DNA of 64,000 nucleotides, from the IMG/VR virus record IMGVR_UViG_3300021420_000016, positions 32,001 through 96,000 of that record; one strand, given 5' to 3'. A program made the translations under genes and the position numbers. Within the stretch, counting starts at the first letter, position 1. Every line of letters starts with the position of its first letter. This DNA comes from a virus. Shown piece after piece: positions 56,243 to 64,000 of the stretch. The notes beneath the pieces were generated by a model. The model ran no database searches. It saw nothing but the letters and a program-made list of their open reading frames with translations, and had not been told where the DNA came from.

Positions 56243-56692
56243 TCAGAACGGCGGGTCCTCGGGGGCACCACTGGCCCACGGGTCTTCGGTGGGCGGTGCG
56301 GACGCGGCACCGGGCGCGGCCTGCTCGCGGGTACTGCGCTTCACGGTCGCTGACGCGCTGCGCAGCGACGGCCCGACTTCGTCGACCTCGATCTCGTAGA
56401 CGGTGCGCTTCTCGCCTTCCCTGGTCTCATACGAACGCTGGCGCAGCCGCCCGTTGACGATGACGCGCATCCCCCGCTGCAGGCTCTCGGCGACGTTCTC
56501 CGCCGCCTGGCGCCAGACGTTGCAACTCAGGAAGAGGCTGTCGCCGTCCTTCCACTCGCCTGTGGTGTTGTCGCGGAAGCGCGGCGTGGAGGCCACCCGG
56601 AAGGTGGCGACCGCCTGGCCCGTGGGGGTGTAACGCAAGCCTGGATCTTCAACCAGGTTCCCGACGATCGTTATCGGGGTATCGCCAGCCAT
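56243..56692 (-). CDS. ssb: single-stranded DNA-binding protein
   Basis: MAGDT.ITIVGNL..DP.LRYTP.G; AENVAESL; acidic DPPF tail. Confidence 0.95.
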   Translation of the reverse strand: MAGDTPITIVGNLVEDPGLRYTPTGQAVATFRVASTPRFRDNTTGEWKDGDSLFLSCNVWRQAAENVAESLQRGMRVIVNGRLRQRSYETREGEKRTVYEIEVDEVGPSLRSASATVKRSTREQAAPGAASAPPTEDPWASGAPEDPPF

Positions 56693-57387
56693 CAGGCCGC
56701 CTTCCTTACCGGGGAGGGGCGCCGGCCCGGGCGGCCATGCACCTTGATCGGGCCGCCGACGTGTTTCCAAATGCGCCCGTTGACTATGTTGCTGACCGTG
56801 CTATCCGACAGGCCGTACTCGCGAGCGAGGTTCGTCTCGAACTCGCCCGCTGCGAACCGCTCCCGTATAGCGAGAACCTGCGGCTCGGTGACCTTAGCCA
56901 TCGGGTGCGCGCTGCCGTGCGATGAGCGCCCGCGCGCCCACATGTCATCCACGTTCTCCTGGCGGGTGCCATAGTAGACGTGCGCCGGATTGCAGCACGG
57001 TGGATTATCACAGCGATGGCAGCCCTCTCTGCCGGCCGGGCACGGGATGCCGGTGGCGAGTTCGCGGGCGAAGGTGTGCGCGGGCACCTTGCCCCGCTCG
57101 GGTGAGACGAAAAACTCACCGTGTCCACTCTTATAGGCGGAGGCCTTCCAGGGCCAGCAGTCGTCGGGCCCGAGGCGCGTGACCTTCTCGTGGAACCGCT
57201 CGGCGACCGTCTTGCGCTTCAGATTCAGCGCGGGTGGCCGTTCGGTGCCCTTGGTGGCGCGATACCAAATGTAGTAGTGCCGATGGCAGCGGCCCCGGGC
57301 GCGGATCTTCTTGCCGCAGTTGCCGATGATGCAGCCCGTTAGTCCTTGCGCGCTTACGACTGCGGGCACGTCTTGGCTAGCATCCAT
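56692..57387 (-). CDS. HNH homing endonuclease
   Basis: [23 protein letters not shown]; C-terminal HTH..WKH. Confidence 0.88.
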   Translation of the reverse strand: MDASQDVPAVVSAQGLTGCIIGNCGKKIRARGRCHRHYYIWYRATKGTERPPALNLKRKTVAERFHEKVTRLGPDDCWPWKASAYKSGHGEFFVSPERGKVPAHTFARELATGIPCPAGREGCHRCDNPPCCNPAHVYYGTRQENVDDMWARGRSSHGSAHPMAKVTEPQVLAIRERFAAGEFETNLAREYGLSDSTVSNIVNGRIWKHVGGPIKVHGRPGRRPSPVRKAA

Positions 57388-58064
57388 GGCTAGCCCCCTC
57401 TCGCGACGACCGAGACGGCGGGTAAGGGGCCGCCGGGTGATGACACACCGGGCGGTCCCGTTAATTATCCCACGGCATTCGTTCACGTGTTCGGCCATTC
57501 GCGATCAGAGGTAGTCCGTGTCGAACGGTTGAACGTTTCTTGTTACGCCACCTTCCGCAGCGGCCGCTCCCCGAGCATGGCCTTCTCGCCCGTGGCGGCC
57601 TGTTCGTGGCCGGCGGCGATTATCTCGCGCTCCCACTCCTCCAGCTTGCGCCCGTTCCAGTGCGTCGGTGCCCCTTGCCTGGGCGCCGCCGCCGCGGGCT
57701 TCGGGCTTTGCACCGTCCGCATCTGCTCCGTGCCGGCCTGCAAATCCACGTCGATCGTTCCTCCGTTTGCGCGATGATCCGCCAGGTAATGACGGAGCGT
57801 TGCCCTTGCCACGCCCACCCGGGCGCACACCTCATCCGGATCCACACCCGCTGCGGTCAGCCGTACCGCTTCCGCGATGCGCCGCTGCCTGGCCGCGCGG
57901 GCTTGCGCCCGGTCCTCCCGCAGTTCCCCCGGCGGTCCGGGGGCCATCCGCGGGGCGGCCACGGGCGTCCCAAAGCTGATGGCATGTCGCACAGTAGCCA
58001 TCCTCGCGCTTGTCCCGCAGGCGCAACTCCCGGCCGCACAAGCTGTTGATGCAGCGGAGTGCGG

Positions 58065-58631
58065 TCATGCCGGGATCTCCCACAGAACGCCCTGCGAGGC
58101 GGGCGGCGACTTGACTGGTACTGGCGTGGCCCGTACCAGCTCGGCGGCCGGCATAGGCGTGCTGCGACGGCTGATTTTTCGGCCGGGCAACTGCTGATAC
58201 ACCCACAGGCCACCCTTAGTGAACCCCACATGCGACCACCCGGCGCGCAGGTAGCACCAGCCTGGAATCTCCTTAGGCTTGGTCTTGCGCGGGTCAATGA
58301 AACTGACGATGCCCAGCTCGGGTACATCGGGCCACTCGGCACGCGTGTGGGCGACCGCCCAACGGATGAGGTCCGATGCAAGGTGCGGGGAATCCTCTCG
58401 GCGGAACAAGCTATTCACCCACGCCCCCCCCCCCCATGCGTGCTTGACGTACTGCGCGTACGGCCAGGAGGTGACCCACACCGCCGAACGGTCTTCGGTG
58501 AGCAGCACGAAGCAGCTACCCGGCGGGACGAACTGCGGCGAGCCCGGCTTCTGCCGGTTGTAATGCCGGTCGGCGAGTGGCAGCGCGGCGGGGTCTGCTC
58601 GATGGGAGCGCAGCCAGGGGGAGCCGGTCAC
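58065..58631 (-). CDS. Mom-like/GNAT-fold DNA modification protein (putative)
   Basis: LADRHY.R, FRRE..ASDLI, SFID...PGWCY..AGW motifs; next to a methyltransferase. Confidence 0.55.
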   Translation of the reverse strand: MTGSPWLRSHRADPAALPLADRHYNRQKPGSPQFVPPGSCFVLLTEDRSAVWVTSWPYAQYVKHAWGGGAWVNSLFRREDSPHLASDLIRWAVAHTRAEWPDVPELGIVSFIDPRKTKPKEIPGWCYLRAGWSHVGFTKGGLWVYQQLPGRKISRRSTPMPAAELVRATPVPVKSPPASQGVLWEIPA

Positions 58632-59137
58632 AGCAGCACCTCCTGCGCTAGCACGGTGGCCATGACGCCAGTACCGGGGAACAGGTCATCAAGCGTGTCC
58701 TCGCTGCCGATGTAGCCGAGCAGGTCGAGCACCCATCGGCAGAAGGGGGGGGGGGGCTTAGCGCCAGTCAGCCCGCGCTTGAGCGTGATGACCTGGCTGA
58801 GGTGATCCCGGCCGACTGGTGCACCGGCCTTGGAGCTATCCCGCCCGGGCCGGAAAAGGACGGGCTCCCAGGTGTAGGCGATGCGGACGTTCCGCTTGAA
58901 TGCCGCGAACGGCTTGACCCAGGCCGCGACGCGGACACCGGCGGGCGCGAGGGGCAGCAACTCTTGCAGTGAGGTAGACGAGCAACTGTAGGCCCAGCCG
59001 TCGTATTCACGGTCGAGGCGCAGCATTAGCGCTTCGTGCTCGTCTGTCTCATCCCAGCAGCCCCACGGCTCCTGGTGCCGGTGCTCGTACCGGCGGCAGC
59101 ACCCAAGGTAGGGCGGGTCGGCGTAGGCGAACTTCAT
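58628..59137 (-). CDS. minimal DNA amino (N6A/N4C) methyltransferase
   Basis: YADPPY catalytic motif; KP..F; DLFPGTG SAM-binding motif. Confidence 0.8.
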   Translation of the reverse strand: MKFAYADPPYLGCCRRYEHRHQEPWGCWDETDEHEALMLRLDREYDGWAYSCSSTSLQELLPLAPAGVRVAAWVKPFAAFKRNVRIAYTWEPVLFRPGRDSSKAGAPVGRDHLSQVITLKRGLTGAKPPPPFCRWVLDLLGYIGSEDTLDDLFPGTGVMATVLAQEVLL

Positions 59138-60009
59138 GCTGCCACTTCCTGCTTCCGGGTGGTGGCATGGGCCGCCCGGGCCAGGGCCGTGTTGAGCGTG
59201 TCCCGTCTCAACCCGAGGCGTTCCGCGATCTGCCGGCGCACCAGTTCCGGCGCCACTGCGCGGAGCGGGTGCGAGGCCTCCAGTTCGGCGTAGTCGGCGG
59301 CGAGCTCGGCGGAGGGAGTGGATTTCTTGCGCCGCCACCCGACTGGGGCCGGGGTGTCCGGGTTGTCGATCTCGTCGTCGTCCCAGGCCATCGGGACCGG
59401 CCAGTTGTTCCGTTCGGCGCGCCTGCGGGCCATGGTGGCGGCTCTGCGCTGTCCCGGCGTGGCCGTAGGGGGAGGCTGATCCCACAACTGGTCGTAGGCG
59501 GCGCACATGCCCCGTGCGACGCGGGCGGTGACCATGGTTACCCGGCCGGAGACGATCGCTTCCAGGTGGTCGTGGCACATGGGCACTAGCGGGGCGATGC
59601 CTGTCCCGGTGTGCCCGCGGGCGATCAGCGCCTGGGCGCGCCGGCGGGTACCCGTGGCGTCTGTCGCGGCCCCGGCGGCGAGGGCGGCGGCCGGGTCGGC
59701 GAGAACCGTTCCGGCGGCGCGGGTGATCTGCGCGGCGTTGTGTGCGGTGACTGCGGGCTGCCCGCAGTACATCAGCCGGCTCAGTGTCGAGTAGGGGACG
59801 CCGGACAGTTCGGCGAACCTTCGCAGGCCGATTCCCGCGTCCATGCACCGGCGGACGAGGGCGCGGGCTGGAGTGGCGTCAGTAGTGGTGTAGGGGGGCT
59901 TGGCTAGGGTGGCGTTCACGGCCGGGTTCCTTCTTAGGGTAGGGACTGGGCTGAGGGCCGGCGGCACGTGTACAGCGTGCGGCCGGCCCGTGGTCATGGT
60001 GGCGGTCAT
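59134..60009 (-). CDS. HTH-containing phage protein
   Basis: GT.RR.QAL.A.G; W..P.AWDD..ID.P motif. Confidence 0.65.
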   Translation of the reverse strand: MTATMTTGRPHAVHVPPALSPVPTLRRNPAVNATLAKPPYTTTDATPARALVRRCMDAGIGLRRFAELSGVPYSTLSRLMYCGQPAVTAHNAAQITRAAGTVLADPAAALAAGAATDATGTRRRAQALIARGHTGTGIAPLVPMCHDHLEAIVSGRVTMVTARVARGMCAAYDQLWDQPPPTATPGQRRAATMARRRAERNNWPVPMAWDDDEIDNPDTPAPVGWRRKKSTPSAELAADYAELEASHPLRAVAPELVRRQIAERLGLRRDTLNTALARAAHATTRKQEVAA

Positions 60010-61403
60010 TTGGGACTCGCCGGAACGTGCTTGCCGCTGGCCGTCCAGTTGTCACTGGCCATGTCAACAAAGCGGCTGTAGTGTCCCTGGAATGCGACGG
60101 TCACTGTCGCCATCGGGCCGTTCCGGTGCTTGGCGATAATAAGGTCCGCTTCCCCGGTCCGGGGTGAGTCCGTTTCGTGCATATCCTCGCGGTAAAGGAG
60201 GATTACGACGTCCGGGTCTTGTTCCAAACTGCCCGATTCGCGTAGATCTGAGAGCAATGGGCGTTTATCACTGCGCATTTCCGGGCCCCGATTGAGCTGG
60301 GAGATAGCGACCACCGGCACGTGAAGCTCCTTGGCCAGCAGCTTCAGCGACCGGGAGATGTCCGACACCTCCTGCTGCCGGTTCTCCACCCGCCGGCCGG
60401 GGGTGCTCATCAACTGCAGGTAGTCCACGATCACCAGCCGCAGGTCGTGGCGCATCTTCAGCCGCCGGCACTTCGCCCGGATCTCCATCAGGGACATGTT
60501 CGGCGAGTCGTCGATGAACAGCGGCGCGCCGGCGATCTCCTCCATGCACTGGGCGAGCCGGGCCCAGTCCTTTTCGGTCAACTGGCCGGTCCGCATTGCG
60601 TGCAATGGCACCCGCGCCTCCGCCGACAGTAGCCGCATGGTGATCTCGTTGCGGGTCATCTCCAGGCTGAAGATCGCCGTCGCGAGACCGTGCTTGATCG
60701 CCGCCGACCTGGCAAAATCTCCACCTAGCGTCGACTTGCCTGCGCCGGGCCTTGCGGCCACGACCACCATCTGCCCTGGGTGCAGTCCGTGTGTCAGGGA
60801 GTCCAGGTCGAGGAATCCGGTCGGCACGCCGGTGAGTGCGCCGCCGTTAGCGCCGATCGCCTCGACCTCGTCCATGGCGCCGGGGAGGATTTCGGCCAGT
60901 GACAGGTAGTCCTCCCCCGCCCGCCGGTCGGCGACCGCGTACAGTGCCGTTTCGGCCCGGTCGAGCATGTCGTCGGCGTCGGCGGTGGCGTCGTAGCCGA
61001 ACTGGGCGATGCGGGTGCCCGCTTCGGCGAGGCGGCGCAGGATCGCCTTCTCCCGGACGATCCGCGCGTAGTACCCGGCATTGGCGGCGGTGGGTACTGA
61101 CGCGAACAGGGTGTGCAGGTACCCGGCGCCGCCCGCCCTTAGGAGGGTGCCCTCTTTGCCCATCAGGTCGGCGACCGTGACCGCGTCGGCGGGCTCGCCG
61201 CGGGAGTACAGGTCCAGGATTGCCTCGTGCACCATCTGGTGCGCCGGGCGGTAGTGGTCGAGCGGCCCGATGATCTCGATGACATCCGCGATGGCGTCTT
61301 TCGACATGAGCATGCCGCCGAGGACGCACTGTTCCGCGGCGAGGTCATGCGGCGGGATGCGCTCGAACCCGGGTGGCGGCGCGACGTCTGCCAGGGCGCT
61401 CAT
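60006..61403 (-). CDS. dnaB: replicative DNA helicase
   Basis: PPHD..AEQ.VLG, AARPGAGKS, FSLEM, VDYLQL, SQLNR, DLRESGSLEQD. Confidence 0.97.
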   Translation of the reverse strand: MSALADVAPPPGFERIPPHDLAAEQCVLGGMLMSKDAIADVIEIIGPLDHYRPAHQMVHEAILDLYSRGEPADAVTVADLMGKEGTLLRAGGAGYLHTLFASVPTAANAGYYARIVREKAILRRLAEAGTRIAQFGYDATADADDMLDRAETALYAVADRRAGEDYLSLAEILPGAMDEVEAIGANGGALTGVPTGFLDLDSLTHGLHPGQMVVVAARPGAGKSTLGGDFARSAAIKHGLATAIFSLEMTRNEITMRLLSAEARVPLHAMRTGQLTEKDWARLAQCMEEIAGAPLFIDDSPNMSLMEIRAKCRRLKMRHDLRLVIVDYLQLMSTPGRRVENRQQEVSDISRSLKLLAKELHVPVVAISQLNRGPEMRSDKRPLLSDLRESGSLEQDPDVVILLYREDMHETDSPRTGEADLIIAKHRNGPMATVTVAFQGHYSRFVDMASDNWTASGKHVPASPK

Positions 61404-62479
61404 GACACGGCTGCTTTCCTGTCAGCGGCGCAGGATGGGCATTCGGATCCGGCCGCATGGCTGACGTGATGGTCCGGGCAGGTCACCTTCGGCCTGGGCG
61501 GCGGCGCGGTCCGGTCGCGGGCAGCCGCCCACCAGTAACCGTCGGCGTGCAGGCCGCCGGGAGAGTGTGATCTTTCATCGGCAGCGCGGATCAGCGCGGC
61601 AGCGCGGATCAGCGGCCAAGGGCGATCGAGGGTGTCGCGGTGGCACAGGGACTCGCGGATTGACCGTTCCGACCAGTCCGGGCGGATGGTGCGGATGGTG
61701 CCGACCAGTGCGCTGACCTCGCCGTCTGAGGGGGTTTCCTGGACTAGGCCCCCCTCCCCCGTTTGGGCGCCGGGAAGGCCGAACGGGACCATGGGCGACT
61801 GGGCCCAGCTTGCGCCGGGGGCGGGGGGATTGGGGCCAGGGGCGAGGGGCTTTCTTAGGGATCCACCGTTATTTCTCCCCTTCCCCCTGGCCCCCTGGGC
61901 ACCGGGTAGGACACGGAGGTCGGCAGGGGCATCAGCCGGGCGCTCCGCACGGTGGTCAGCAACCCCCTCCGCATGGCCCTGCGGAGGGGGGTCGGCAGGG
62001 CCCTGTGGGAGGGCATGGGCAAGGCGGGCGGGAAGGGCGTCCAGCAGGGCGATTACAGGTTCACGGGTCTTGTTGGTCAGTTCCTTCAAGGGAAGCCGGC
62101 CCAGTTCGCGGAAGATCACGGCGCGCAGCGTCGCCGATTCCACGCGCGCCGCGTCGGCGATGGCGATGGCTAGCACCTTCGGCTGCTTCCAGACCTCGTC
62201 GTTGCGGATCAAGGTGCGGATCAGCAACTCCCCGGTGTCCTCGTCCGCGATCGTGAACCGGGCTGCGCAGGTGTACTTCAGTGCGGCCGCGAGCGTCTCC
62301 TGGTCCCAGCCGATCCGGCGGGCCCACAGCCGCAGGTTGATCGTGATGACGCCGCAGTGGCGTAGCTCCGGCTGGGCCAGCAGCATCTGGTAGAGGTTTT
62401 TCCCGTCCGGGTGCAGAGCGCGCCAGTCGTCGTCGTCGGTCCACATGGACGCCTTGAGGCGCGCCTCGGTCCGCGGCAT
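61400..62479 (-). CDS. phage replication initiator-like protein
   Basis: W.D.DW..L..LY..L..QP....G N-domain; ELLIRT.IRND.V.KQP; coupled to dnaB. Confidence 0.65.
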   Translation of the reverse strand: MPRTEARLKASMWTDDDDWRALHPDGKNLYQMLLAQPELRHCGVITINLRLWARRIGWDQETLAAALKYTCAARFTIADEDTGELLIRTLIRNDEVWKQPKVLAIAIADAARVESATLRAVIFRELGRLPLKELTNKTREPVIALLDALPARLAHALPQGPADPPPQGHAEGVADHRAERPADAPADLRVLPGAQGARGKGRNNGGSLRKPLAPGPNPPAPGASWAQSPMVPFGLPGAQTGEGGLVQETPSDGEVSALVGTIRTIRPDWSERSIRESLCHRDTLDRPWPLIRAAALIRAADERSHSPGGLHADGYWWAAARDRTAPPPRPKVTCPDHHVSHAAGSECPSCAADRKAAVS

Positions 62480-62718
62480 CAGACCTCGCCGCCTTCGGTG
62501 ATGCGCTGGGGGATGGCCACGTTGCGGGCCACCTTTCCGGGGTCTCGTTGTGCAGTTAACTCACTACGCACCGGCAAGGGCGCTCTGTCCGGACTCTAGT
62601 CCGACAATAATACGGTTGCAAGTCTGTACTGGGGACTACTTTCAGGTATGACACAGTGGTACGATTGCCCCAAGTCATGACCGGACGTCATGACCCATGG
62701 CCCTGAACTCCGAGGAGC

Positions 62719-62997
62719 GTGGACGAGTTGACCGACCCGCTGAACGACTTGCTGGCCGAGCTTGCCCGCGATGCCGCCGAGGTCGAGGAGTACGACCCGA
62801 AGGCGGAGGCAGCCCGGCAGCGCATCCGGGACAAGCTCCCCCAAGCCCGCGCGCTTGGCGCCGGCCCAGCGGAACTGGAGCGCGCGATCCGCGGCATCTA
62901 CACCGCGAAGTCCATCAGCCGCTGGACCGACGAGTCCGCACCCGGGGACCAGCGCCGCGGCCGCCGCAAGCGCAACGGCGCACCCGTCGCCGCCTGA
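62719..62997 (+). CDS. small hypothetical DNA-binding protein
   Basis: GAGGAG RBS; divergent orientation; basic tail. Confidence 0.5.
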   Translation: MDELTDPLNDLLAELARDAAEVEEYDPKAEAARQRIRDKLPQARALGAGPAELERAIRGIYTAKSISRWTDESAPGDQRRGRRKRNGAPVAA

Positions 62998-63020
62998 TCT
63001 CGCACTCCCCCAGCCCGCCA

Positions 63021-64000
63021 TCACGCTGCCGTCTCCTGTAGCTGAGCCGGCGTCGCCTGCCGCTGGATGCCTGCCGCCATGGTGATCACGTGCTGGGCTA
63101 GCAGGGGCGGCATTGCGTTGCCGACCTGCTGGAACTGCTTGGTTTGGCTCCCCCGCCATGGATAGTCCGGCGGGAACGACTGGAGGACCGCAGCCTCCTG
63201 GACGGTGATCCGCACCGGCTCGGCCCGCAGCTCACCCGGGCCAGGTTCATGTACCCACGCCGCCCAGTTGGACCGGCCACCGAAGAACAGCGTCCCTGCG
63301 GGCTCGTCCAGTGACCGCGTGCAAGCGTTGTTGTTGTTGTTGTTGTTGCGGAAGACCCACTGGCCAGCTCTCTGCGCGGCCGCGAGTGCGTCGCGGTCCC
63401 GGTGCCCGAACGGTTCAGCACCACCGGTGGCGGTCCCGCCGGCGGTGACCGTCGGCGCCGGCCGGCCGGTCGCCCCCCAGCCAAGGACTTTCTCCATGGA
63501 CACCCACGGGGTGCCCCACAGTTGCTCGCCGCCGCGCGGATCGTAATGCACTGGCGGCGGGCAGGACACGGGACGCGAGCGTGAGGCGATCAGGATGGCG
63601 CGTTGCCGGGTCTGCGGCACGCCATAGTCGGCGGCGTTGAGCTTCCCGCACCAGGTGCTGTAGCCGGCCTTCTGCAGTTCGTCTGCATACACCTGCCACA
63701 GGGGCAGCACGGCCGGCACCTGCTCCAGCGCCACCCATTCGGGCTGGCCGGCGTAGATGAACCGGGCCGGCTCAAGGACCAGGGAAGCCGACCGGACAGC
63801 GTCCCAGATCTTCGCCGATCGCTGAGCGCGGGTCAGGTGCGAGCCAGGCGGCGCGCTCGCCATGTCGCGCAGGCGCTTGTGGGGGGAGTTCCTTCGGGCC
63901 AGCAGTTTCCGCTTCCATGCCTGCTGGCGCTTGCGCCGCCATGCCTCGGCGGTCATCTGCGGGGTAGGTGATCCACCTAGCCACCCGGCCAGCCGCAGGG
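63021..64000 (-). CDS. DNA cytosine-5 methyltransferase (5' part outside window or frameshifted)
   Basis: PEWVALEQVP, LNAADYGVPQTRQR, LQSFP.DY, QQVGNA.PP. Confidence 0.88.
   Translation of the reverse strand, partial: LRLAGWLGGSPTPQMTAEAWRRKRQQAWKRKLLARRNSPHKRLRDMASAPPGSHLTRAQRSAKIWDAVRSASLVLEPARFIYAGQPEWVALEQVPAVLPLWQVYADELQKAGYSTWCGKLNAADYGVPQTRQRAILIASRSRPVSCPPPVHYDPRGGEQLWGTPWVSMEKVLGWGATGRPAPTVTAGGTATGGAEPFGHRDRDALAAAQRAGQWVFRNNNNNNNACTRSLDEPAGTLFFGGRSNWAAWVHEPGPGELRAEPVRITVQEAAVLQSFPPDYPWRGSQTKQFQQVGNAMPPLLAQHVITMAAGIQRQATPAQLQETAA

Overview
High-GC window from a large, probably temperate, actinobacterial phage (or phage-plasmid). 1-24.6 kb, mostly + strand: end of the tape measure gene, minor tail and fibre genes, a tail-tube-like gene, holin-like membrane genes and a GH25-like endolysin, interrupted by a low-GC HNH nuclease with 14 tandem C4 zinc-finger repeats. 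25-34 kb: secreted cargo (phosphoesterase), a perfect 36-bp palindrome, a SprT-like protease and a ParA/partner module with 9-bp iterons. 34.4-37.0 kb: a TnpB/Cas12f-like RuvC protein lacking its third catalytic Asp, directly followed by a type I-E-like leader, an 8-repeat CRISPR array and a deleted cas1'-'cas2 remnant. 37.3-40.8 kb: tyrosine recombinase and a Ro60/TROVE gene preceded by three Y RNA-like genes. 40.9-48.9 kb, - strand: 39 tRNA genes covering all 20 amino acids, plus a tRNA-Gln split by an HNH insertion that carries a second tRNA-Gln. 49-64 kb, - strand: ParB-like proteins, Lsr2, SLOG and MazG-like proteins, SSB, three DNA-modification genes each with a simple-sequence repeat, DnaB and a replication initiator. 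All calls come from reading motifs by eye; no database search was run, and ends are approximate to a few bases.
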